Below, in pieces: positions 44,115 through 53,134 of a stretch of DNA of 64,000 nt. Both the position numbers and the translations under genes were made by a program. The notes beneath the pieces are model-generated. The model ran no database searches, was not told the origin of the DNA, and worked only from the letters and a program-made list of their open reading frames with translations. This DNA is from Roseibacillus sp. Lineage in GTDB: Bacteria; Verrucomicrobiota; Verrucomicrobiia; Verrucomicrobiales; Akkermansiaceae. Where the stretch lies: the NCBI GenBank assembly GCA_051251855.1, contig JBPOGI010000005.1:256001-320000 (forward strand), written 5' to 3'. Positions within the stretch are counted from its first letter, which is position 1. Each line of letters starts with the position of its first letter.

Positions 44115-47100
44115 CTATTCGACACGCAGGCGGAGGAAGCGTTTTACGGCTCCGGCTGGGACGGTGGCTTCGATAAACTCACGGGTAGGCTCGTCGATGG
44201 TGACTTCGCTAGTCACGCCTACGGTGGACCAACTGTTGGCTTGCAGGGTTTCGGACCATTCTACGATGCCGGAGATGTCGGTGGCGGACTTTAGGTGCCA
44301 GAAGCCAAGTTTGGTTTCCCCTGAATCGAGAATGAGGCAGGGTGTAATCTCGGGGTTGCTACTGTCTGCGTCGCCATCAAGGTAGTATTCTAACAAGTTG
44401 GCGAGACCGTCACCATCGGGGTCGGAGAGCACGTTGGTGTCGGTGACGTTTTGTCCTGCAATCCAAGTGGAGTAGCCGCCATTGGAAATGACTTCGAGGG
44501 TGAAGCTGAAGGAGACGACTTCCGAGAACGAGTTGTAGCGCTCGATGGTTAGAGGATATGTCGTAAGAGCTGCGGCATTGGTGGCTGAACCTGAAATGAT
44601 GCCGGTGGTTTCGTCAAGAGTGAGGCCGTCGGGTAGGGTTCCGCTAGCGAGCCGGAAGAGGGCGGGTGCGTTGAAGGCTCCGCTGCGTAAGTCGGCGATG
44701 AATCCGGTGTTGGCAGGATTGTTGCCAGCGGCAGGGGTCACGCCCTCGAGGGTTTCTTCATCATCTGTGACGGTAACGGCGAAAGTGCCATCGGTGAAAG
44801 CTGTCGCGGAAGCCGTGATGAGGGTGTCTTGATTGCCATCAGAAAGAGTGTCGTCTACAGCATCGATTGGGAAGGTGGCGCTGAGCTCGCTGGCGAGAAT
44901 AGTAACCGATGTCGGAACGGTCGCGGCGGTGGGGTCGGAGCTGGTGAGGGTAATGATGAGGTCGCTGCTTTGTGCTTCTGCGATAGTGATGGTGCCAGTG
45001 GCAGCCATTGTGCCTGCGTTCTCGGAGAAGCTGGTGGGGGAAACGGTGAGTCCGATGCTATCGGGACCGCCCCCAATGCCGGCCGTGATTTCCAGCTTAT
45101 CGAGTTGAATATTGCCCGAGACCTTGTCTTCGTAGCGGAAGCGAATGAAGCGGGCGCTGGCGGAAGGGGTTTCCGTGTAGGCGGTGTCAGCTGTTGATTG
45201 GTCGGTAATGGTGCGCAGAGGACTATAGGTGGTGTTGTCAGTGGATTCTTCAACGATGAAGGTGCCGGTGGTGGTAGGTTGACCTCCGGTGTTTCCTTTG
45301 AGCTGAAAGTTCAGGGAACCAGCGGCAGAATCGAATTCCACGGTGAATTCGTCGCCATCACCATCAAACTTGGCTGAACCAGTCACTGTGTCGCCACCAA
45401 GACTAGAGCCATAAGTGCTCATTCCTGAACTTGTGAAGTAAGGGGGAAGGCTGCCCCAGTCTCCTCCGAAGATGATGGGTAAACTGGTGGCAACTCTTGG
45501 TCCACGTAAAGAACGGGCGATGGTGGAGGTGGTGGTTTGCCAGAAGCTAGCCAAGCTGGCATCGGGTTCGCTACTGCCTGAGTAGTAGACCGAGGTGCCG
45601 GAGCCGACGGAACCAAGACTTGGGCTAGGGCTAAACTGATTTCCGTAGGAGAATGCGGCGACTTGGGCGTCGCTGGCGTCGGAAAGGATAACGGCGTCAC
45701 CTCCGTTGCCATAGCCGGGCCAGTTCCCAGTGAAGAGGGCGGCGTCGTTGCTCGCAACCACCATGATGTTGTCTGAGTAGTCGGAGTCGTCAGCAGGGAG
45801 GAGGCTGTCTTTCGAGGAGCCGTTGTAGATTATGATAAGCGTTCCGGCAGGAACACTGTCCCACGCGGTTGCATCCGCAAAGCTAAGAGGGGCGCCGCTA
45901 TTGGTGTCGCCAAGGGACCAATTGCGAAGAGATGTTTCGCTGAGAACAAGAAGTTCAACCCACTCGCTAGATCCAGAGACGCCTTGGCTGAATTCGTTGA
46001 TAATGGCTTCGCGAGCTAAAGTGGATTCGCTGCCACGGAGAACAAGTCCGGGTGCATAGCTTATGCTCTCGCCAATCGCAATCGTGCTGGGGGGGCGGGT
46101 GAGGCTATTAGTGGTAGAGGTGGTGAAGGCGGTGCTGGTGTTGACGCCGTCGTTGGCGGTGACTTGGGCGCGCCAAAGAAGTCCAGCATGAGCAGGATCG
46201 GCTGCGAGAGTGGCGCCTGTGAAGTTCGTGCTGCCCCAAGTCGCGCCATCGGAAGAGCTTTCCCAGGCATAGTTGTAGGTGAGAGATGCTCCCTCAGGGT
46301 CGTTGGCAGTGATGCCGGAAACGATCAGGTCTTCGTCGGAGAAGGCTTGGCTTGAGGGGGACAGTGTGGCGGCGGTGACCACGGGGACTTGATTGACTAC
46401 TGAGAAGAGAACGATGGCCGAGGTGCGGGACTCGCCTTCGCTATCAAGAGCAACGGCGGTGAGGCTGTGACTGCCCAAGGCCGGGTTGAAGGTGAAGCTG
46501 TAGGGTGCGGTGGTATCGCTTCCGAGAGAGGTGGCGCCATCAAAGAGCTCCACGCTGGAAACGACTCCAGCGGAGCCATCGGTGGTGAGGTCGGTGGCGG
46601 TGACTGAGACAGTGACGGTTGCTCCGGGGCTAAAGACACTGTTGTTGGCAGGAGAACTGATGGCAACCGATGGTCCTGGGTTGCGCGGAGTGGCAGGGGT
46701 GCCGTGTGCGGTGAGAGTGAGGGCGGTGAGAGTGCCCGTGTCCTCTGCGGCCCCATCGGCGACGGTGACGGTCCACGTGCCGTTAGAGTCTTCACCCCAA
46801 TTACGAACTGTCGAGAAGGTCCAGCCTGCGTAGTTGCCTCCGTCGTCGGTGCCTCGGGTCTCGGCGAGTTCGCTTTCGGTGCCGTTTGGTGAAGTCAGAG
46901 TGATGGCGAGGTCGCCACGAAAAGGATGAGTGGCGGTGACGGTGAGGGTGACGTGTTCACAACGAAGGTTGTCGCCATCTAGAGTAAGGTCATAGCTCAC
47001 TCCGGTGGAGTTGTTGTCGGGAATGGTGAGATTGATGTTGGAAGCGCTGTCGCTATCGCTTTCTGCACTAACGAGGTTGGTCCAACCGTCCGAGAGGGCG

Positions 47101-48719
47101 ACTGCTGCGGTGGCATCGGCGAGGCCCGAGCCATACTTGTGATTGAATTCGAGGCCTGCGCCGTTGGTGATCCAATCGGAGTCGCCGGAGTCAATTTTGC
47201 TGGCAGAGGTGATCAGGATTTCTTGCACGTCGCGCCATCCTAGGGCGGGATTTTTTTCTAACATGAGAGCGACGATGCCTGCCACGGTGGGGGTAGAGGA
47301 GGAGGTGCCGCCAAAGTCGTCAGTGTAATCGCCGTTTTGATATCCATTGCCACCGGTACGGTCGGTAGTGGTGATGCCTAGGGCGGGGGCGTCTCCGCTG
47401 GAAGGTCCGACGACCACGAGGTTGGCTCCTGATTCGGAGTAAAAGGATTGTTGGCCTTGGCTGTTAGAAGCTCCTACTGAGATGGTGTGAATGTCGTTGG
47501 CATAGCCGTCGTAGTTCGAGTTGTCGTCATTTTCGAGACCGTTTCCACCTGCCCATAAGATGATGTTACCGAGTCCGTTACGTCCGGTGGTGGCGGCGTT
47601 GGCAAGGGAGGCGCGAGTGAGGGAGCCCGGACCATCAATGGCACCCGAGTCATCGGGACCCCACGAGTTAGATTTAATTTCGATCAGGTCGGGGAGATAG
47701 GAGAGAGCGTCTGCTTCTTGACTATCAGTGGTGCCTGCCGCGATGAGGCGCATACCGACGAGAGTGGCCTCGGGAGCACTGCCAGAGACGCCAAGGTTGT
47801 TATTCCCAACGGCAGCAGCATTACCGGCACAAGCTGTTCCGTGGTCGTCATCAGCCTGTGGTTCGGGGCTGTTGTCGTTTCCGTTCCAATCAAAGTCATT
47901 CGCGGTATCGACATTGGCTGCCAAATCGGGGTGGGCGGTTTGAAGTCCGTCGTCGACGATTCCAATGCGGATACCATGCCCGCGTACGCCGCCGGTTCCT
48001 CCATAAAGCCAAGCATCTTCAACGTTGATGTCGCTCCCTGATGATGCGGATCCTGAAGTCTTCAGGTGCCATTGGTCGTTTATGAGGGTGTCGTTGGGAA
48101 GGGCCTTTTTGCTGCGTTGGATGGCGAGCTGCACTTCGGCTTCTTTCACCCCGGGGGCAATACGAAGACCTTCGAGTGCGGCAAGTGCGGCCAAAGGATC
48201 CTTTGCTGAGACCACGGCGTGATTGGGTGCATAGGATGGCTGTTCCTTGAGGGTGATCCCTTTTGGCAGAGCTGGCACCGTCTTTTCTTGGGTGAGTTCG
48301 ATGGTGAGGTCGCGGGTGACGATGCGTCGATTGGCAAGATTTTGCTCGCGCCCTTTTTGATAGCAAACGGGAACAACGGGATTTTCCTTTTTGAGAGTAG
48401 AGAGGCGTGAAGCGAGAGTGTGAATGGTGGCGGGAGGGTCAAGTTTCAGCGTAATATCTTTTCCTTCGGGGAGGCGCTCGACCGCTTCGTCAAGAGCGAG
48501 AATGAATTCGGTCTCTTGTCCTTGATGCTTGGTGGTGAAGGTGGGGCCGGCGACCGCGACGTTGTTTTTCTTTTTTGTCTTTGCCACCACTGGAGTGCTG
48601 ACGGTGTTTTGAGGAGGTTCACTGACAGCGTTCTCCTTGCTCTGACTACGGAGAAGACGATTGCCCGAGACGGCAAAGAGGATCAGAAGGGCAAAGAGGG
48701 GGATGAGTTTGGGTTTCAT
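44115..48719 (-). CDS. Kexin/furin-like S8 serine peptidase with P domain, Ig-like modules and C-terminal putative sorting domain
   Basis: IGIVDDG, HGTACAG, GGNG, GGTSSSTP catalytic motifs; P domain EHV...RGDL; IINEF lamin-tail-like module; DPDGDGLANLLEY tail. Confidence 0.92.
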   Translation of the reverse strand: MKPKLIPLFALLILFAVSGNRLLRSQSKENAVSEPPQNTVSTPVVAKTKKKNNVAVAGPTFTTKHQGQETEFILALDEAVERLPEGKDITLKLDPPATIHTLASRLSTLKKENPVVPVCYQKGREQNLANRRIVTRDLTIELTQEKTVPALPKGITLKEQPSYAPNHAVVSAKDPLAALAALEGLRIAPGVKEAEVQLAIQRSKKALPNDTLINDQWHLKTSGSASSGSDINVEDAWLYGGTGGVRGHGIRIGIVDDGLQTAHPDLAANVDTANDFDWNGNDNSPEPQADDDHGTACAGNAAAVGNNNLGVSGSAPEATLVGMRLIAAGTTDSQEADALSYLPDLIEIKSNSWGPDDSGAIDGPGSLTRASLANAATTGRNGLGNIILWAGGNGLENDDNSNYDGYANDIHTISVGASNSQGQQSFYSESGANLVVVGPSSGDAPALGITTTDRTGGNGYQNGDYTDDFGGTSSSTPTVAGIVALMLEKNPALGWRDVQEILITSASKIDSGDSDWITNGAGLEFNHKYGSGLADATAAVALSDGWTNLVSAESDSDSASNINLTIPDNNSTGVSYDLTLDGDNLRCEHVTLTVTATHPFRGDLAITLTSPNGTESELAETRGTDDGGNYAGWTFSTVRNWGEDSNGTWTVTVADGAAEDTGTLTALTLTAHGTPATPRNPGPSVAISSPANNSVFSPGATVTVSVTATDLTTDGSAGVVSSVELFDGATSLGSDTTAPYSFTFNPALGSHSLTAVALDSEGESRTSAIVLFSVVNQVPVVTAATLSPSSQAFSDEDLIVSGITANDPEGASLTYNYAWESSSDGATWGSTNFTGATLAADPAHAGLLWRAQVTANDGVNTSTAFTTSTTNSLTRPPSTIAIGESISYAPGLVLRGSESTLAREAIINEFSQGVSGSSEWVELLVLSETSLRNWSLGDTNSGAPLSFADATAWDSVPAGTLIIIYNGSSKDSLLPADDSDYSDNIMVVASNDAALFTGNWPGYGNGGDAVILSDASDAQVAAFSYGNQFSPSPSLGSVGSGTSVYYSGSSEPDASLASFWQTTTSTIARSLRGPRVATSLPIIFGGDWGSLPPYFTSSGMSTYGSSLGGDTVTGSAKFDGDGDEFTVEFDSAAGSLNFQLKGNTGGQPTTTGTFIVEESTDNTTYSPLRTITDQSTADTAYTETPSASARFIRFRYEDKVSGNIQLDKLEITAGIGGGPDSIGLTVSPTSFSENAGTMAATGTITIAEAQSSDLIITLTSSDPTAATVPTSVTILASELSATFPIDAVDDTLSDGNQDTLITASATAFTDGTFAVTVTDDEETLEGVTPAAGNNPANTGFIADLRSGAFNAPALFRLASGTLPDGLTLDETTGIISGSATNAAALTTYPLTIERYNSFSEVVSFSFTLEVISNGGYSTWIAGQNVTDTNVLSDPDGDGLANLLEYYLDGDADSSNPEITPCLILDSGETKLGFWHLKSATDISGIVEWSETLQANSWSTVGVTSEVTIDEPTREFIEATVPAGAVKRFLRLRVE

Positions 48720-48859
48720 GGGAAAGAGGCGCGGGGCTTTGTGAGCTTGGAGGAAAAGCAGTCTCCGTGCAAATCATAAGCCGGTGACGAATTTGTGAGG
48801 GAAAGTTCGTATTGGTGGCATCTTCTTAAGTCGGCAGTCCTTTATTATAAGGAGTGGGA

Positions 48860-49324
48860 CTAGCTCTGTTGCAAGGAGTCGAGAATCCCGGCACAACCAT
48901 CTTCCATGATGTCGGCGACGAGTTCGAAGCCGTCTTGTTCGCCATAGTAAGGGTCGGGGACGTCGGGATTGGAGAAGTTTTCACAAAAGCTCATGAAGGG
49001 CTTCACTTTGGCGCGGTCGTCCTCGTTGCGAGCGAGCCGAAGGATGTCGCGACGATTGTCTTCGTCCATGGGAATGATGAGGTCGAAGTTGTCGAAGTCT
49101 TTCTTCGTGAATTGGCGTGCGTTGCCCGTGACCCGGATATTGCGACTCTCCAAAGTAGCGGTCATACGCGGATCGGGGCCTTTGCCAATGTGGTAGCCAG
49201 CGGTGCCGGCGGAATCGAGAGAGATACTTTTGACCCCTTCCTGTTGGAGGAGATGGCGCATGGTGTTTTCTCCGGCAGGAGAGCGACAGATGTTTCCAAG
49301 GCAGACGAAGAGGATGCGGGTCAT
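48860..49324 (-). CDS. Low-molecular-weight protein-tyrosine phosphatase
   Basis: VCLGNICRSP P-loop, DSAGT, VPDPYYG. Confidence 0.95.
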   Translation of the reverse strand: MTRILFVCLGNICRSPAGENTMRHLLQQEGVKSISLDSAGTAGYHIGKGPDPRMTATLESRNIRVTGNARQFTKKDFDNFDLIIPMDEDNRRDILRLARNEDDRAKVKPFMSFCENFSNPDVPDPYYGEQDGFELVADIMEDGCAGILDSLQQS

Positions 49325-49508
49325 GGGATGAGTTTGTCTGAGAGCGAAGGGGGACTAAAGTGAAAGGTGATTCTTAATCGGCAGAGGCTTCGAAGCGAGG
49401 AAAGTCGTTTCAGCTGGAAAAAAACGTTGTGAGCGACGTTTGCCGAAAGATTGCTCTAGCTTGATGAACAAGCTTGGAAAGAGAATCTTCATTCGTCAGA
49501 TTGTTGAT

Positions 49509-50428
49509 GTGAACTATCGAACGTTCTTTCTACTACTATGCTTCCATTTCGAGATCTCTTCTCTGAGTGGTGCTATCACCCGACTCCATTTCGAGCCGAG
49601 CCTCGATACGAGCTTCTCCTATTCTCCTGTTGTTGCTGCCAGCCAACTCGTGGATGAGGGACTTGACTCTGAGGGGAGGACGGTCAGCCGTCTACGGGAG
49701 GAAGTCGAAGATAGTGGAGGTTCAACCGTTGATACTGACATTGGTGGGGGGACGATGAGTTATGAATTTAGATCGAGCTATGATTCAGCAACGGCAAGTC
49801 GAACTTTCTCGAATGATTCCGAATTCCGCTATTCGCTGAATCGAACAGTGAGCGCTTCGCTCGAGAACGAAGTCTCAATCAGCACCTATGGTCGGTTTTC
49901 TTTCATTGTGATTCCGCGGTTTGAATTAGTAATCGAGTTTCTCTTGATGTGACATCGCCTGTTCGAATGAGAATGGCATTCGAGCGTCAGGGTGACTACG
50001 GACAATTTAGAGAGCACCAAGCAGTGTCGGTTTTTGGTGGTGATAGAATTTTTCCCTACTTTAGTCTCGTTCTAACGAGTTTTTACGATGATGCAGGCAC
50101 TTCTCATTTTGAAACCATATTTGAGGGAAGTGACTTTGGAGTCCAAGTTCAGGGCTGGGGCAATGACTCTCAATTGGAGTTAGATATTCTCATCACGCCA
50201 ACTCAATTCTCTGAACCGACCTCCGTCGTGTTCGATTGGAATGCCGATCATTCTGGCAAGTTAGAAAGTGGAACATTCTTTGGCAGTGGAAGAGGGTCCG
50301 ATTCTTCGGGTCTCACTTATTCAGAAGAAATACTCCTTACGGTCGTGCCTGAGCCCTCCGCGCAACTGCTTTCCTGCTTAGGTCTGCTAGTCTGTTGCTC
50401 TTGGAAACGCCTTAGAACTCAAGTTTAA
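49509..50428 (+). pseudogene. PEP-CTERM protein split by a frameshift near 49923-49950
   Basis: Signal-peptide ORF ends at 49952; second ORF in another frame ends VPEPSAQLLSCLGLLVCCSWKRLR; one inserted base joins them. Confidence 0.65.
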
Positions 50429-50462
50429 GATAGAACGACTACGAGATGTTCTGAGCCTAAGG

Positions 50463-52907
50463 CTAATCGACGAATTTTTCCAAGCTTGTCAGCATTGCTT
50501 CGAGTCTACTGGCGTAGTCTTGGCCGGTGGTGTTGGCTTGCAGGCGGTCGGCCCAGAGGGGGAAGGCGAAGGGGGTGAGGCGTTCGGTTTCTTGGATGAC
50601 GATGGGCAGGGTTTGCAGGGTGAGGAGGACCGCTTGCAGGCGGGTGAGTTCGAGTTGACGTTCGAGAATTTCGCGTTGGGCTTGTTCTAACAGGAGGTTG
50701 TGAGGGTCGTAGTTGGTGAAGACGTCGAAGAGGAGGGAGGAAGAAGTCTGGAGCTCGCGACCGGTTTTGCGCTGGCCGGGGTAGTTGGCGACGATGAGGC
50801 CGGAGACGCGGGCGATGTCGCGGAACTGGCGGCGGGCGAGTTCGGTGGCGTTGAGGCAGGCGAGGAGGTCGTCTACGAGCTTGTTCGTGGTGAGGAGTTC
50901 TCGCCAAGTGGGCTCGTCGAGAGGGAGATCGGCGTTACTGGAGAGGGAGAAGCCGTAGTCGTTCTGGGTGGCCTCGACGGTGGCTCCGGTGTCGCGGGTG
51001 ATGCGCCAGGCGAGAAGGGCGCCGAGACCTTCGTTGGCAGAGCGCCCCGCGAAGGTGAAGAGGAAGAGGTTGTGGGTGTCTTCTTTTTCGAGGTGGGTGT
51101 GCTCGATAAGGAGGGTTTCGTCGTCGGGGAGTTGGGACCACTGACTTTGGATTTTAAGGAGAGGAGCGAGGGCTTGGGTTTCGGGGGTCTCGGTGGGGTC
51201 GCAGTGGAGGCGGTGGGCGATGGCGTGGGTCAGTTCGGTGGAGAGGGACATCTTGGCTCCGGTCCAAGTGGCGATGCTTCCTTTATACTTCTTGGTGGCG
51301 GGGCGGACGGTGGCGGCATGGGCGCGGAGGCGGACGAATTCGAGTCTGCGGCCGGCGAAGATGAGTTGCTGCCCGGGCTTGAGCTTAGAAATAAAGCCTT
51401 CTTCCACGGTGCCGAGGAGTTTGCCGTTGCCCATTTTGACAAGGATGTTTTGGTCGCTGGTTATGGTGCCGATGGACATGCGGTGGAGTTGAATCTTGCG
51501 CTTGTCGGTGACGGTATATCGGCTGTCGGGGAGGAGTTCCGCTTTTTGGTAACCGGGGTAGGCTTTAAGTGCGTCCCCTCCATGGGTGATGAAACCGAGA
51601 GCCCATTTCCATTCGTTGTCTGTTAGGTTTTGATAGGCGTGGGTGGTCTGCACTTCGGAGCGGAGGTCGTCGGGGTGGGCTGGTTCGCCGATGAGGAGGG
51701 TGACGAGGTGTTGGACGAGGAGGTCGAGGGGTTTGCGGAGAGGTGTGCGGGACTCGATGTGGTGAGAGGAGGTTTTTTGAATAGTGGCCTCGATGGCGTC
51801 GCGGGCGGCGGCGAATTCTAACAGTTCGAGGGCGTTGGTGGGGACACAGATGAGCTTGGAGGTTTGCCCGGGGGAATGGCCAGAGCGTCCGGCGCGTTGC
51901 ATGAGGCGGGCGATGCCTTTGGGGGAGCCGACTTGGATGACGAGGTCGACGGGAGAAAAGTCGACGCCAAGGTCGAGAGAGGAGGTGCAGACGACGCACT
52001 TGAGTTCTCCGTCGCGCAGGCCTTGTTCGACTTCGTCGCGGACTTCGCGGTCGAGGGAGCCGTGATGCATGGCGAGTTGGTTACCCCATTTGGGTCGCAC
52101 CGCGTTGAGTTCTTGAAACCAAATCTCAGTTTGGGAACGGGTGTTGGTAAAAAGGAGGGTGGAATTGTGTTTGTCGACTTGTTGGGCAACCTGCCGGACG
52201 AGGCGGGTGCCGAGGTGGCCGGCCCAGGGGAAGCGCTCTACGTCTTTGGGAAGAAGCGTGGTGATGGAGAGGGGTTTGCGTTCTTTGCTGTGAATAATGC
52301 GACCTCCCTTTTTACCGACGAGGACTTGCGCGGCTTCTTCGAGGTTGCCGAGGGTGGCAGAGAGGGCCCAAGTGCGGAGGTCGGGAGAGAGCTTGCGGAG
52401 GCGGGCAAGGCAGAGTTCGGTTTGCACTCCGCGCTTGCCGCCGATGAGTTCGTGCCACTCGTCGATGACCACGCATTGCAGGTTCTCGAAGTAGGCGCGG
52501 GAGTCTTCGTAGGTGAGAAGGAGGGAGAGGGACTCGGGGGTGGTGACGAGGGCGAAGGGTGGTTTCTCGCGAATCTTTTTTTTGCGGTAGCCGGAGGTGT
52601 CGCCGGTGCGGGCTTCTACCTCGAGGTGGGGAGCGAGTTCCTGCACTGGCTCGCGGAGAGATTCGAGGGTGTCGGCGGCGAGGGCGCGCAGGGGTGTGAG
52701 CCAGAGGACGCGGAGTTGGCCTTTGGGAGAAGGGGCTGCCACTTCTTGCGCGAGAGGGCCTAGGAAGGCGGCGAGGGTCTTGCCGAGGCCAGTGGGAGCG
52801 TGGATGAGACCGCTTTCACCATTTTCGTAGGCGGTCCAAGATTCTTCCTGAAAGTCGAAGGGCTTCCACTTGCGGCTTTTGAAGAAGGGTTGAAGGTGCG
52901 AATCCAA
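50463..52907 (-). CDS. lhr: Ligase-associated DNA damage response DEXH-box helicase (Lhr-core)
   Basis: APTGLGKT, TPLRALA, TTPESL, DEWHEL, LSAT, HHGSL, SSLDLGVD, QRAGRSGH, HRMSIGTI; start uncertain (TTG 52907 chosen). Confidence 0.92.
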   Translation of the reverse strand: MDSHLQPFFKSRKWKPFDFQEESWTAYENGESGLIHAPTGLGKTLAAFLGPLAQEVAAPSPKGQLRVLWLTPLRALAADTLESLREPVQELAPHLEVEARTGDTSGYRKKKIREKPPFALVTTPESLSLLLTYEDSRAYFENLQCVVIDEWHELIGGKRGVQTELCLARLRKLSPDLRTWALSATLGNLEEAAQVLVGKKGGRIIHSKERKPLSITTLLPKDVERFPWAGHLGTRLVRQVAQQVDKHNSTLLFTNTRSQTEIWFQELNAVRPKWGNQLAMHHGSLDREVRDEVEQGLRDGELKCVVCTSSLDLGVDFSPVDLVIQVGSPKGIARLMQRAGRSGHSPGQTSKLICVPTNALELLEFAAARDAIEATIQKTSSHHIESRTPLRKPLDLLVQHLVTLLIGEPAHPDDLRSEVQTTHAYQNLTDNEWKWALGFITHGGDALKAYPGYQKAELLPDSRYTVTDKRKIQLHRMSIGTITSDQNILVKMGNGKLLGTVEEGFISKLKPGQQLIFAGRRLEFVRLRAHAATVRPATKKYKGSIATWTGAKMSLSTELTHAIAHRLHCDPTETPETQALAPLLKIQSQWSQLPDDETLLIEHTHLEKEDTHNLFLFTFAGRSANEGLGALLAWRITRDTGATVEATQNDYGFSLSSNADLPLDEPTWRELLTTNKLVDDLLACLNATELARRQFRDIARVSGLIVANYPGQRKTGRELQTSSSLLFDVFTNYDPHNLLLEQAQREILERQLELTRLQAVLLTLQTLPIVIQETERLTPFAFPLWADRLQANTTGQDYASRLEAMLTSLEKFVD

Positions 52908-52999
52908 GTGCGGCCAATAAATCACGGTAGCAAACAAGCGCACTCATTTTTTCGTTTTCTTTCCTTCAGGCCGAAAAGAGGGGGGCGTGGTTGGAAATG

Positions 53000-53065
53000 A
53001 AAACGCCCATGAAAAGCCAAGTGTGGATCGCCGTTGGGCTTGTTTCACTTGGCTAGACACGGGCG
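53000..53065 (-). terminator. Long hairpin, probable terminator of the 713-aa gene
   Basis: CGCCC..AGCCAAGTG / CACTTGGCT..GGGCG stem followed by TTTT on the minus strand. Confidence 0.5.
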
Positions 53066-53134
53066 AGTGAAGCGGTTTCGCTCCGAGGTCCCAAAACGAG
53101 TTCCCTTTGCGAGTATTGAAGTAGAAGTTTTTTC

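Noticed and set aside
48860..49324. LMW phosphatase as a thioredoxin-type arsenate reductase partnering the ArsC gene
   Set aside because: CLGNICRS and DPYYG are PTP-type motifs, and no ars genes are adjacent
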